From an uncultured archaeon (GTDB lineage Archaea > Asgardarchaeota > Hermodarchaeia > Hermodarchaeales > Hermodarchaeaceae), in contig CAYFXC010000001.1 in the NCBI GenBank assembly GCA_964347045.1, positions 96,001-160,000 on the forward strand: DNA of 64,000 bases, read 5' to 3'. The notes under the pieces were generated by a model. The model ran no database searches and had not been told where the DNA came from. It was given only the letters and a program-made list of their open reading frames with translations. Below, piece by piece: positions 8,676 to 18,642 of this stretch. Each line of letters starts with the position of its first letter. The stretch's first letter is position 1. Both the position numbers and the translations under genes were made by a program.

Positions 8676-10739
8676 TTAGCCAGTATAGTGATATAATCGA
8701 AAATTGTCGCCTCCTTTGTTTTTCATTGGTAATTTTATCATGTTTTGTGTTACTGGGGTTTTGTCTGCGTATGCTGCGTCGAATGCTGAAACAATAGCCT
8801 TTGGATCATACACCTCATTGGAGACAAGTGTTGCCAGCGTCTCTCGATAGACCCCTAACCGCTTTCGGATATCACGTTGTGTTAGCTGTTGAAAGCGACA
8901 CGTTCGGGAGATGAGCATCGAATACAAATCAGTGATTCTTTGTTCAAGTTTACCTGATGATTTATTCCATTCAAAAATTTGATTTAGAACCGCCTTTTCT
9001 GACTCAAACTGCACCTCACTAATTTGAGCTACCTTTCGAATTATTTGTCCTTGAACTACTTCTCTTACCATATGAACAAGTAAACCTAGAGATTGAAAAC
9101 ATACCTCTGGTATCTCATGATGTATTTGCCAACGTAATAATAGTTCTTCATTGGAATTCGCATGGCATGTTTGAATTCCTCTGATGCCTGCGCTGATTGC
9201 ATGAAACATTGCCGCACTATGTTCTGCAGTTTGTATTTCCCCTAAAAAGACCCAATCAGGAGATCGATGTAAGAGTCGGATAATTTCATTTGATTTCGTT
9301 GATTGAGTTTTACCAAATGAATCGAATGGGTCAACTCGAAACGTTACTTTATGCCTATCTTCTTCATCAACTGTTATACTTTCGAGAGCGTCTTCGATTG
9401 CTATTCGTCTCCAACTGGGAGGAGCTAACAGGTTAATGGCATTTGCCAGAGTTGTTTTTCCTGTTGAAGGTTCACCACTTATTGTGATGTTTATTCGCAG
9501 TGTCATACACAAAATTAGAAATGCTGCTGCTGAAAGTGAAATTGTTCCATTGGCAATCAATTCGGGTATAGTTAAAGTGCGTAATCGAATTTTTCGGATA
9601 TTTAGATGAGGCCCCTCGTAAGCAAGAGGTGGGATATCAATGGCTGCACGAACATGAAATAACTTAGTTTTTAGTTCTGTTTTCAATGATGGATTTTTTT
9701 CATCTAGGGGTCTTCGGCTTTCAAGACGAAGTCGTGTTATGATTCGTGCTAACTCTGATTCTAATGGTACAAGATTTGATTTACATCGGCCCCACTCTGC
9801 ATGGTCAAGATAATATGCTGTTCCAGGTTTATCTAAATAAATTTCTTGAACTTCGTCATCTAGGAGAAGTGGCATAGTTTTTGTAAGATTTAGAGTCTGT
9901 GCTGTAGCGTAGATAGCGAATTTTTTCTGTTCGATGCTTGAGAATTCTTTGAAGTGGGTGATTAAGTATTGTTGGAAGTCAGATATTTTCTGGTTTATTA
10001 GAGTCTCAAGGGTTTGAAGTTTTGTTTCCTCTAATGAGAAAATTTGGTCCTGGGAAGAGAGATTTTGTAAAAAATTCGGCGAAAAAAGTTCATCTAAAGA
10101 AACGACGGCCTGATAGAATTTTTCTAATGGAATTTGAGAGAACTTGAAAATACGTATTCTAAATGGTCCTACTTCATAGGTGTCAAGAAGTTGAAATTGA
10201 TCATCGAATAGTGCAGGATTTGAGGGTCCAATATTTCTTTTTTGAACTTTTAAAAAACCTTTAAGAACAACACTTTGATCTGAAGTATCATCTTCACCAA
10301 GTTGTTTTTTAAAGTGTGAAATCAATCTTGTTCTTTTTAGTGTAGATATGAATTCTTGTATTGCTCGATTTTTAGACGCCTTGAACGTGGTTTCAAGTGT
10401 TTTGTAAGCGGTAAAGGGATCAGTAAGTAATTTGTTCCTAATCTCAGGGTATTGGCGAAAAAGTTCTTTAGCGCGGGGCTCAAATTTAACTATCGTCGAA
10501 ATATATTCTTGTAGAACCTCCATTGAAGTTTGAGGAAGGAAAATAGTTTGATTATGAGAAATAAACTCACATGGAAAAACACCTTCAATGAAGGGTAATA
10601 TTTGGAGAAACTGTTGGCGACAATGTGAACTATTGATAATATCGCCTTTTTCAGGGGTTTGGCATGAACAGATATCACAACTAAAGGTCAGGACTTTTTC
10701 AGCATATTGATTCTTGATTACCTGGAAAGGACAAACCAT
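8676..10739 (-). CDS. Type II/IV secretion ATPase (TadA/VirB11/ArlI family)
   Basis: PLLLDDEVQEIY, LNIRK, Walker A GEPSTGKTT, IAIEDALE, RSPDWVFLGEI, TCHA. Confidence 0.9.
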   Translation of the reverse strand: MVCPFQVIKNQYAEKVLTFSCDICSCQTPEKGDIINSSHCRQQFLQILPFIEGVFPCEFISHNQTIFLPQTSMEVLQEYISTIVKFEPRAKELFRQYPEIRNKLLTDPFTAYKTLETTFKASKNRAIQEFISTLKRTRLISHFKKQLGEDDTSDQSVVLKGFLKVQKRNIGPSNPALFDDQFQLLDTYEVGPFRIRIFKFSQIPLEKFYQAVVSLDELFSPNFLQNLSSQDQIFSLEETKLQTLETLINQKISDFQQYLITHFKEFSSIEQKKFAIYATAQTLNLTKTMPLLLDDEVQEIYLDKPGTAYYLDHAEWGRCKSNLVPLESELARIITRLRLESRRPLDEKNPSLKTELKTKLFHVRAAIDIPPLAYEGPHLNIRKIRLRTLTIPELIANGTISLSAAAFLILCMTLRINITISGEPSTGKTTLANAINLLAPPSWRRIAIEDALESITVDEEDRHKVTFRVDPFDSFGKTQSTKSNEIIRLLHRSPDWVFLGEIQTAEHSAAMFHAISAGIRGIQTCHANSNEELLLRWQIHHEIPEVCFQSLGLLVHMVREVVQGQIIRKVAQISEVQFESEKAVLNQIFEWNKSSGKLEQRITDLYSMLISRTCRFQQLTQRDIRKRLGVYRETLATLVSNEVYDPKAIVSAFDAAYADKTPVTQNMIKLPMKNKGGDNFRLYHYTG

Positions 10740-10838
10740 AATTACCGTGGACTTTGTTCCGAGATTCCTATTTAAAGCAAAAAAATGTCGGAAATAGGAC
10801 TTTAAATTTCATTTACTGAGGATATTTTTGAGACGAAA

Positions 10839-11234
10839 TTGAATCAGAGTTTAGAAAAAATTGTAATAATTGGATTGAACCTAACTCTTCTAGTATCAAT
10901 AGGCATACCTCTGTTGTTTACTACTACCCAAGTTCTTTCACAATCTGAACAAACAATAGAATTTCAACAATTTGTTCAAGATATTGATGAATTAATTCTT
11001 AGAGCAGATCAAAATCGGTCTTATTTAACTACACAAATTATTGTCCCCCCAAATGTGACACTAGAAGCTGTTAGTAATCAACTCGTTTTCAAAGTTTACC
11101 TTGAAAATTGGCACATAATAACACGAACCTACAGATGCTCATTACAAATATCTGGGCTATCTCATTCTGGGTATTATCATCTTTCAATAAATGCCACCGA
11201 GTCAATTATTTTGATAACCTTTCAACGAATATAG
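10839..11234 (+). CDS. Hypothetical protein, minor-pilin-like (N-terminal hydrophobic helix)
   Basis: QSLE followed by a hydrophobic segment and a beta-rich domain; divergent from the Tad ATPase. Confidence 0.45.
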   Translation: MNQSLEKIVIIGLNLTLLVSIGIPLLFTTTQVLSQSEQTIEFQQFVQDIDELILRADQNRSYLTTQIIVPPNVTLEAVSNQLVFKVYLENWHIITRTYRCSLQISGLSHSGYYHLSINATESIILITFQRI

Positions 11235-11245
11235 GATGTAGTGGA

Positions 11246-11488
11246 ATGCTTCTCTATCAAATATTGAAGCTCATTCTCTATTGTTGGTTTCTTTTACTAA
11301 TTATCCAATCTCTAAGTAATGATTTTCCTACCCTCGTCTTAATTTCAGGCACAATAATTACATCGATGCCATTTGCACTTCTTCTTGCCTGGACTGCGGG
11401 GTCAATAACATTCCAATCGGTGGTTCTCTTTTCCCTATTTGTTCTGATTGTGATTACGCTCCAAATAACCCAACTAACATTAGGGTAA
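11246..11488 (+). CDS. Small hypothetical membrane protein
   Basis: Three hydrophobic segments; ATG at 11246 just after the previous stop. Confidence 0.4.
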   Translation: MLLYQILKLILYCWFLLLIIQSLSNDFPTLVLISGTIITSMPFALLLAWTAGSITFQSVVLFSLFVLIVITLQITQLTLG

Positions 11489-12481
11489 CATACTAAGAAT
11501 GTGTGTCTTCAACAGCTTGGCATAGTGATCTCGTACACTGTACTCTGCAGCGTTTGTTGCCTTGGAAATTAACCGCTGTGTAAGGATTGGTCGGCGTTTT
11601 GCCATCTTCGCAATCAAGAGGTCTGAACTATAAACAACTGCAACAGCAAAGATAAACGGGTTCCTTCCACCTCGTTCAGGAACACTGATTCTACTGAAGA
11701 GCTGGTTAGCGTATTTCACTAAATTCGCTTGATATTCCTGAATTGCCAAACCGGCACGACGTAGCCTTAGGCGTATTATAGCGTGGTTAACAGTCTGTGA
11801 CACAATACGTTGCAAATACTCCTCGCTCAATCTCTTTTTAGGTGCAAGTGGAATCTTTTTCTTCACAGAAAGGGCTTGACGGATAATTGATCGGCTCGTT
11901 ACTCGATGACCAAGCTTCTGAAAGGCATCTGCAATTTCTTGAAGGGTGATAGGTGCGTTTTCTTTGGATTCGCGTACTGCCAACATTAACCCATAGGCCA
12001 TAAGGGTGAGGTGACTTGTGATATCGCTATTTTCGAGCTTCTTGTCCATCTTCTGATAGTAATAGGCCGCTCTATCTTTGATGTTGTCTGATAAAGAAAG
12101 CAGATCGGCGACGCGACTTAGGGATCTTAATGCACGATATGTGGTTTCCCGTTTCGCGATTCGAAGACGTAGGTTGTAATCATATTTGAGCCTTCGGAAT
12201 AATCGCTGCCTTTGTGGCGCTAAAGGTCTACCAGTTCGGTCATAAAAGAAGCGACTAGCCTGATAATCAATGTAGCTCCCCAATCCGCCCACCATGACCG
12301 AACGTTTTCCCAACGCAACATAGGCTTTAGACTGTGAAGAAGAACTTCCATCCTCTTTATGCATCTGGTAAGGTGAACTGACTACTTGTCGCGCTAAGAC
12401 TAGACCACATGCGGCGCAGACGTATTCGCCGTTTGTGAGTATAGCATGTCCTGAACATTCAGTACAAGATAGGCTCTTCAT
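11480..12481 (-). CDS. tfb: Transcription initiation factor IIB (TFB) paralogue
   Basis: CTEC...YVCAACGLV Zn ribbon; two cyclin repeats (PITLQEIA; GGRNPFIFAVAVVY; TQRLIS...EYSVRDHY). Confidence 0.8.
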   Translation of the reverse strand: MKSLSCTECSGHAILTNGEYVCAACGLVLARQVVSSPYQMHKEDGSSSSQSKAYVALGKRSVMVGGLGSYIDYQASRFFYDRTGRPLAPQRQRLFRRLKYDYNLRLRIAKRETTYRALRSLSRVADLLSLSDNIKDRAAYYYQKMDKKLENSDITSHLTLMAYGLMLAVRESKENAPITLQEIADAFQKLGHRVTSRSIIRQALSVKKKIPLAPKKRLSEEYLQRIVSQTVNHAIIRLRLRRAGLAIQEYQANLVKYANQLFSRISVPERGGRNPFIFAVAVVYSSDLLIAKMAKRRPILTQRLISKATNAAEYSVRDHYAKLLKTHILSMLP

Positions 12482-12690
12482 CTAAGCGTCCCTTTGAGCG
12501 GCTTTGTCTGCTCAAAGAGATGCAGTTCTTAACCAGGCTTTTGGGAAACGTGGGTCCGTTCTAACGGCGACTAAATTTGCACACGCAGATTCCAGTGTTC
12601 ATTTGAACGATTAGTTCAATCAGAGAGACACATCACCGAAACTATTCAAATAGCATAGCAAAAAGTGCGTTCTTCGAATCTTGACGAGTA

Positions 12691-13041
12691 TCAACCTGAT
12701 ATTGAGAGATATACCGGTTTCTTCAACTTGATGCCGGAAATACTTCGTTTTGCCGTAATACTTCCCTGCAAACCTGAAAAGAAAATCAAATATCTAGTAC
12801 CTGATTTCGTTTTCTCTATTTGGAAAACCTCACCGCGGAGAGTAAGTAGTGCCTGCGTCTTTTTTGGTTTGGTTGTTGTAATTGAGACTTTGACTTTTTG
12901 TCCGCTCTGAAGTGAACCCACGGTATACGGTAATTCAAAATCGACTTGAATTTGTTTTCCGACACCAACAAAATACTGGTAAATTTGGGCCTGAGAGGTT
13001 TCGCGTATATCGATAGTTCCTACACCTGAAACCAAATACAT
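12691..13041 (-). CDS. rpoG: RNA polymerase subunit Rpo8/RpoG (Rpb8-like OB fold)
   Basis: VDFELP...GQKVKVSI...LRGEVF...IFFSGL...VYLSI pattern; context between TFB and Lsm. Confidence 0.6.
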   Translation of the reverse strand: MYLVSGVGTIDIRETSQAQIYQYFVGVGKQIQVDFELPYTVGSLQSGQKVKVSITTTKPKKTQALLTLRGEVFQIEKTKSGTRYLIFFSGLQGSITAKRSISGIKLKKPVYLSISG

Positions 13042-13139
13042 CACCGAACCTTGACGAAATACTCCATAATGTGACTTAACAACATATAAAAACGGATGGA
13101 TAATCACTACTCAAAACCAGAATATATGGAGGACACACT

Positions 13140-13589
13140 ATGTCTCAAAGTACAGGCGCTCGACACTTTTTCAAAGAATTAGCCTCTTTGATAGGAGCCA
13201 CAGTCGTAGTAAGTACTAATACTGGGAAATCTCTTACAGGAAAGATGCGTGGATACGACCCTGCTACGCTAAGTGTTGTTTTAGGCGAAGCTCGAGATAC
13301 TAAAGGAAATCTATTTCATCGCATTCTAATCACTGGGCATACAATTCTAGAACTCGTAAAGACTGAAGATCCTTTTAATTTGAAAGGTTTAGCTGAGCAG
13401 CTTGAGACCCTATTTCCTCCTGGAGAGGTTAGATTTCTCGAAGACGCACGTGTCATCGTTGTGCTTAACAAGGTTCGTGTAACCGAACAAGGAGTAGAAG
13501 GTACAGGACCACTTGCGGACAGAATTAGGAAAGTATACACGCGGTTTGTAGAAGAACAAGAGGCAAAAGAGGAAGAAGGCTCCACCTAA
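13140..13589 (+). CDS. Sm/Lsm family RNA-binding protein with C-terminal domain (SmAP3 type)
   Basis: Sm1 motif (GKSLTGKMRGYD...VVL) plus Lsm_C-like tail (VTEQGVEGTGPLADRI). Confidence 0.85.
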   Translation: MSQSTGARHFFKELASLIGATVVVSTNTGKSLTGKMRGYDPATLSVVLGEARDTKGNLFHRILITGHTILELVKTEDPFNLKGLAEQLETLFPPGEVRFLEDARVIVVLNKVRVTEQGVEGTGPLADRIRKVYTRFVEEQEAKEEEGST

Positions 13590-13605
13590 AAATGTCGCGT
13601 TTGCA

Positions 13606-15207
13606 ATGATTGAAATAATTCAAAAGGATTTACTTGCACGAATTGCACGGTTTCGAACCAAGAGTGGCATAGTTGATATACCCACCTTTATTCCAGTAGT
13701 TCACCCTACAAGGGAGCTTATTCCACCACGAATGATGTTCCAAGATTTTGATTGCCAAATAATAGTAACAAATGCATATTTACTCTCCAAGACTGAGAGC
13801 GAAGAAAAAATCCACGACATTCTCGATTTTCCTGGAACAATCATGACCGATTCAGGAGCCTATCAGCTGCTCATTTATGGAGATGTTAAAATTACTCCCG
13901 ACCAAATAATACGGTTTCAAGAGAGAATTGAAACTGACATTGCAGTGATTTTGGATGTTCCAACAGGGGGGAAAGCAACCTATAGGGATGCAGAATTTAC
14001 TGTTGAAGAAACCCTTCGACGCGCGAACGCCTCAATTTCACAACGTAGAAAATCCAAAATTCTTTGGGTTGGTCCTATTCAAGGTGGAACTTACCCAGAT
14101 TTGGTTGCAAGATCAGCTCGCACAATAAGTGAACTAGATTTTTCGATATACGCCATAGGAAGCCCCACTCAACTTATGGAACAATACCAATTCGATAAAC
14201 TAGTCGATTTAGTGTTAACTGCAAAAATGAACATTCCAGTCCACAAACCCGTTCATCTTTTTGGGGCTGGTCATCCTTTGATTTTCCCACTAATTGTGGC
14301 CATGGGCTGTGATATGTTTGATTCTGCGGCTTATGCACTATTTGCTAAACATGATCGAATTCTGACTTCCGAAGGTACATTTCGCCTTGCGGAACTCAAA
14401 GATGAATTCTGTACCTGCCCCACTTGTAGTCAATATACAATTTCTGAAATGAAACAACTGGAAAAAAAGAAACGGATTCAAGTATTGGCTGAACATAATT
14501 TACGAATCTGCCAAAATGAAATTAAAAGAATAAAACACGCTATCAGAGAAGGACGTCTGTGGCGACTGGTTGAAAGTAGGCTTAGTAGTCATCCCGCATT
14601 AGTAGATGCAATGCAAAGACTACAATCATATCAACCCCTCTTTGAAGAAGCCTCGCCTATCACGAAAAAACGAGCAATCTATATCACTAGCCCGTGGTCA
14701 CTTTACCAACCTGAAATTTACCGTCATAAGAAACGTATGGAAGATTATTCTCCACCCGAACCAAAGCGAAATGTACTTCTTCTATTTTCAGCTTCTCGAA
14801 ATGGTCCTTATCATTCTGCAAAAGAATATACTCGCTTCAAAAATGAATACAAGAAAATTTCGCCTGAATCTTTCCAATCGTTTGACACAATTTTTGTCTC
14901 GCCTATTTTTGGTTTAGTTCCGCTGGAATTAACCAACTATTATCCACTGGCACAAAATGTGGTCCCTCAAACCGATTTAGCCAACCTTGATTACTCGATC
15001 ATTGCTCAGTTAAAATCATATCTAACAGAAAATCTGCAATATATTCAGATTTTTGGGCTATTTGGGCAATCTGCATTCTGGCAATCATTCAAACGAAGAT
15101 GTAAGCAAATGCTTAAACAATTTCAAAAGAAATTCATGCTATCAACCACAGATTTCAGTTCGAAGTCTTTGAAAACATTAATCTCGAAGATTGCTCTTGA
15201 ATTGTAA
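13606..15207 (+). CDS. tgtA: Archaeosine tRNA-guanine(15) transglycosylase, without C-terminal PUA domain
   Basis: MTDSGAYQ, GPIQGG, HLFGAGHP, GCDMFDSAAY, CTCPTC and EHNL motifs. Confidence 0.93.
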   Translation: MIEIIQKDLLARIARFRTKSGIVDIPTFIPVVHPTRELIPPRMMFQDFDCQIIVTNAYLLSKTESEEKIHDILDFPGTIMTDSGAYQLLIYGDVKITPDQIIRFQERIETDIAVILDVPTGGKATYRDAEFTVEETLRRANASISQRRKSKILWVGPIQGGTYPDLVARSARTISELDFSIYAIGSPTQLMEQYQFDKLVDLVLTAKMNIPVHKPVHLFGAGHPLIFPLIVAMGCDMFDSAAYALFAKHDRILTSEGTFRLAELKDEFCTCPTCSQYTISEMKQLEKKKRIQVLAEHNLRICQNEIKRIKHAIREGRLWRLVESRLSSHPALVDAMQRLQSYQPLFEEASPITKKRAIYITSPWSLYQPEIYRHKKRMEDYSPPEPKRNVLLLFSASRNGPYHSAKEYTRFKNEYKKISPESFQSFDTIFVSPIFGLVPLELTNYYPLAQNVVPQTDLANLDYSIIAQLKSYLTENLQYIQIFGLFGQSAFWQSFKRRCKQMLKQFQKKFMLSTTDFSSKSLKTLISKIALEL

Positions 15208-15237
15208 CTAGATACGAGAATCAGGATTAATTAGAAG

Positions 15238-15344
15238 TGGTGCCGCGTCGGGGAATTTCTCCAAGAAGAATCACCCAAAAGGATTCGAACCCCGGTCCTA
15301 AGGTCGAGAGCCTCAGATGATTGACCTGGCTACACTAACGCGGC
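15238..15344 (-). tRNA. tRNA-Glu(CTC) with 29-nt T-loop intron (59/60; ~15255-15283), CCA encoded
   Basis: GCCGCGT/ACGCGGC acceptor; TGAGG-CTCTCGA-CCTTA anticodon arm; removing the insert restores TTCGAAT and a 78-nt tRNA. Confidence 0.92.
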
Positions 15345-15370
15345 TGTAAAGAATGAGTTTTAGCAACGGC

Positions 15371-15378
15371 TTTTTAAA
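15371..15378 (-). promoter_or_regulatory. TATA box of tRNA-Glu
   Basis: TTTAAAAA on minus strand ~30 nt upstream of the tRNA. Confidence 0.5.
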
Positions 15379-15487
15379 TTTTCGACAAGGTTGATATGAA
15401 GAATACCCCACACTTTCACACCTACAAAATCCTAATAGCCTACCAAAAGTATCGCGATATCATCATGAATAACCGGAGGAAAAAAAC

Positions 15488-15697
15488 TTGGGTAAAGTTA
15501 GAACAGTTTTAGTAAAGCGGCTTTCAAGAGAGCTGGTTGAACGGTATTCGGATAGCTTTTCAACGGATTTTGATCAAAATAAAGAAGTTGTAGATGAACT
15601 TCTCACTAATACAACTAAAAGACTAAGAAATCGAATTGCTGGATATGTAACACGATTAATGATTATTCGGCAAGACGAAGATGTTATTGTAGCTTGA
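15488..15697 (+). CDS. rps17e: 30S ribosomal protein S17e
   Basis: MGKVRT...FSTDFDQNK...KRLRNRIAGYVT. Confidence 0.96.
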   Translation: MGKVRTVLVKRLSRELVERYSDSFSTDFDQNKEVVDELLTNTTKRLRNRIAGYVTRLMIIRQDEDVIVA

Positions 15698-15769
15698 TTG
15701 AATTTTTAGGTTACTAATAGAGATTAGGCAATCTCAACAAATTGAAACGCGCTAAACGGAGTCTTATCA

Positions 15770-16630
15770 ATGGGAATTATTATCGACGCTCCACAATTAC
15801 GGATGGAAATCAAGTTTGTTTCAATAGAATCTCTTTTTAAACATGAGAAAACAATCCCTACAGCGCTTGAACAACTTAAACAGGAACTTCTGGATGAACA
15901 AATTCTAAAACACCCAATAATCGTTGATGCTGACACCTATGTTGTTCTAGATGGTATGCACCGAGTTGCGGCCCTAGAAAAGCTTGAATGCAAAATCGCC
16001 CCTGTTAGCTTTGTTGATTACCAGAATACAGCTATTGAATTGTTTGCTTGGTATAGAGAATTCGATGGAAATCTTCCATTTAGTAATCTACTAGAAACAA
16101 TTACTTTGGAAGGAAAGTATGATCAACTCAAAATCTCTTCAATACAAGCATATAAGGTAGTAAATACACGGGATGCAATGACAGCTCTTGCCAATGGAAA
16201 AACAGCATTTGCACTTATACCGAAAATTTCACTAACAATTAAAGAGATTTACGACAAGATTGCTGCAATTGAAGTCTTTGCCCAAAAAATGGGCTATAGT
16301 GTGATTTATAGTACTGAAGCGGATGCTCTCAAAAGTATTGAATCAGGTAACCGGCCTGTGCTAATCGTTCCCTCACTAACTAAAGACGAAGTCGTCCATT
16401 ATGCATTACAACACCAACTTTTCGCGCAAAAAACTACTCGTCATGTGGTACCAGCGCGACCATTATTCACAAATGTTCCTCTCTCGTGGTTGAAAACGGC
16501 GAATCTTAAGAAAGCAAACAAACAATTATTTGCTTATCTTAATTCAAAGCAAATAATAAAGAAAGATCCTGGATCTATCATCGATGGTCGTCGATACGAA
16601 GAGCCAGCGTATGTTTTTTCGGATTCTTAA
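15770..16630 (+). CDS. ParB/Srx-like N-terminal domain protein (SerK/SbnI-like)
   Basis: LFKHE...PIIVD...VVLDGMHRVAAL; C-terminal KTTRH. Confidence 0.7.
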   Translation: MGIIIDAPQLRMEIKFVSIESLFKHEKTIPTALEQLKQELLDEQILKHPIIVDADTYVVLDGMHRVAALEKLECKIAPVSFVDYQNTAIELFAWYREFDGNLPFSNLLETITLEGKYDQLKISSIQAYKVVNTRDAMTALANGKTAFALIPKISLTIKEIYDKIAAIEVFAQKMGYSVIYSTEADALKSIESGNRPVLIVPSLTKDEVVHYALQHQLFAQKTTRHVVPARPLFTNVPLSWLKTANLKKANKQLFAYLNSKQIIKKDPGSIIDGRRYEEPAYVFSDS

Positions 16631-16752
16631 CAGCGTTTTTTACGGATTATATTACCTTCTTGGAGAATTTACCTTAAATTAGAATCGAGTAGAGGGTGAT
16701 TATGAAATTAATGACCTTTTGTACTATTCCTCAACATAATTTCTGATAATCA

Positions 16753-17751
16753 ATGTCACGTTTATCGATTGAAAAACTCGTCTCTAAGCTTTTACGCGGT
16801 TTAGAGACACGTAATATTAACTTTATACTATCAGAAAACGCTCTCGGGTGTAATTTCACCGAAGTGTATCTTACTGAAGCCCGTGAACTAATTCTTTTTC
16901 ATAGAAATCAGTTGGACACCGTTTCGATTCAGTGGATATTACAAATAAGAACCCCAATAAACACAAGAATCACAATCTTCACAACGGATGTCTCAATATT
17001 AAGAACCCAGTTGATGAATGCTATTAAAAAACTCCAACAAGAAGGGTTGGAAATTACTCAACCTGAAGATGCAATTTCCATCCTAGGTTTAACCGAAGCT
17101 AATATCCAATATCTTCTCGATTCACTCAAAAATTCAACCATGTCAAAATCGAAGGGAAAACCGGTTTCCCTCAATCAAACCTCCTCTTCATATCTAAAAA
17201 AAGAAAACCGTGATTTAAATGATCAAAAATTCAAAAACTTGCGCACACACTTACAAACTGCAATCAAAACCTATTGGACTGGGCGATACTTCGCTAGATA
17301 CCTGAATATTCCTTTGCAGAAAGTAAAAGAACTTGCTACACGAATTGGAATCCAACATGAGCTGTGCGGAAATGAAACTTTGTATTTTTTTGATAGAAAT
17401 AAGGCGTTGAGGACATACTTTGCACATATTATTAAAGGCATTTTGGATGAAATGGATCTGAAATATCGAGAGACATCTACACACGATTTTTTCTTACCTG
17501 ATATCAACATGGCACTACGTTTTTTTGACGGTGAGATAGAACAGCTCAACAACCAGGCTGACCGACATACTCAAAATCCTAATTTGATAGTTATTATTCC
17601 AGAAGCATTACGAAACAATGTAGAGCAATTTCAAGACAACAGTTTGCTGGTTTTGCCTTTAAATCAAGATAAGATTAAGAGCGCGCTAATTAAGGTCGTT
17701 CAGCAAAGAGTCTATTTTATTCCAGCCTATTCCTCAGGTCTAATTCATTAG
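16753..17751 (+). CDS. Hypothetical protein (HTH-like middle, degenerate nuclease-like C-terminus)
   Basis: 332-aa ORF; no confident family match. Confidence 0.55.
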   Translation: MSRLSIEKLVSKLLRGLETRNINFILSENALGCNFTEVYLTEARELILFHRNQLDTVSIQWILQIRTPINTRITIFTTDVSILRTQLMNAIKKLQQEGLEITQPEDAISILGLTEANIQYLLDSLKNSTMSKSKGKPVSLNQTSSSYLKKENRDLNDQKFKNLRTHLQTAIKTYWTGRYFARYLNIPLQKVKELATRIGIQHELCGNETLYFFDRNKALRTYFAHIIKGILDEMDLKYRETSTHDFFLPDINMALRFFDGEIEQLNNQADRHTQNPNLIVIIPEALRNNVEQFQDNSLLVLPLNQDKIKSALIKVVQQRVYFIPAYSSGLIH

Positions 17752-17837
17752 AATGCAGAAACCTGGGCTCAAAGGACGTAGGACATAAAGTTTAAATTTC
17801 ATCTTCCTGAAGCCTATTCGCCCTGTGGGGGTTAACT

Positions 17838-18611
17838 ATGATTGAAATTATCTGGCTAAAAGAGGTAAAAGATCTTCGTGATCCTATTGCACTGGTTGGG
17901 ATGCCAGGCATTGCTAGCGTTGGGAAACTTGCTATTGAAGTTCTTATCCGGAGTCTAAACGCCGAACCAATAATTCAGGTTCTATCTGATGATTTTCCTC
18001 CCCACGTCATGATTGACGAAGAGGGAATGATGAAAATACCCGAGTGCCAAATCTACCTCCACAATGACACAGACTTAAAACATGACATTCTACTTGTGTC
18101 AGGGGATTTCCAACCTTCTACTTCACAGGGAATTTACGAATTTTCAGATAGAATTGCTGAAACGTTCAAGAAACTTAATGTGAAGAAAATTGCTGCAACA
18201 GGGGCCTATGTTCCTGGTGAATTCCCAGAAACTCCAAAGGTATTTATTTCTTCAACCGGACCACAATTCCAAGCCTTTTTCACCGAACTAGACTATGTTG
18301 AGCCAATGACCGACGGCGTCATTAATGGAGCAAATGGTGTGATACCTGCTTGGGCGCATCTTAAATATGGAATCGAAGGTGTTTGCCTTCTAGCAGAAAC
18401 TGTTCCGTTGCTACGATTAGATCCCCGAGCATCAAAATTAATCGTTGAAGTTATCAATGACCGATTTTCTATCAAAGCTGATGTTTCGGAACTAGAAGCT
18501 AAAATCGAGGAGATGAAAGGAATTTTTACCCAAGTGAAATATCATCTCCTGCAACAACGGGAACGACAAGAACCACGCGATGAATCCGAAAGTGCAAGTT
18601 ACATTGGCTAG
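17838..18611 (+). CDS. Proteasome assembly chaperone family protein (PAC2/PbaA-B)
   Basis: GMPGIASVGKL, GDFQP, GVCLLAET, DPRAS; C-terminal YIG. Confidence 0.9.
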   Translation: MIEIIWLKEVKDLRDPIALVGMPGIASVGKLAIEVLIRSLNAEPIIQVLSDDFPPHVMIDEEGMMKIPECQIYLHNDTDLKHDILLVSGDFQPSTSQGIYEFSDRIAETFKKLNVKKIAATGAYVPGEFPETPKVFISSTGPQFQAFFTELDYVEPMTDGVINGANGVIPAWAHLKYGIEGVCLLAETVPLLRLDPRASKLIVEVINDRFSIKADVSELEAKIEEMKGIFTQVKYHLLQQRERQEPRDESESASYIG

Positions 18612-18642
18612 TGCCAATAACACCTTGATTTGAGGGATAAGA

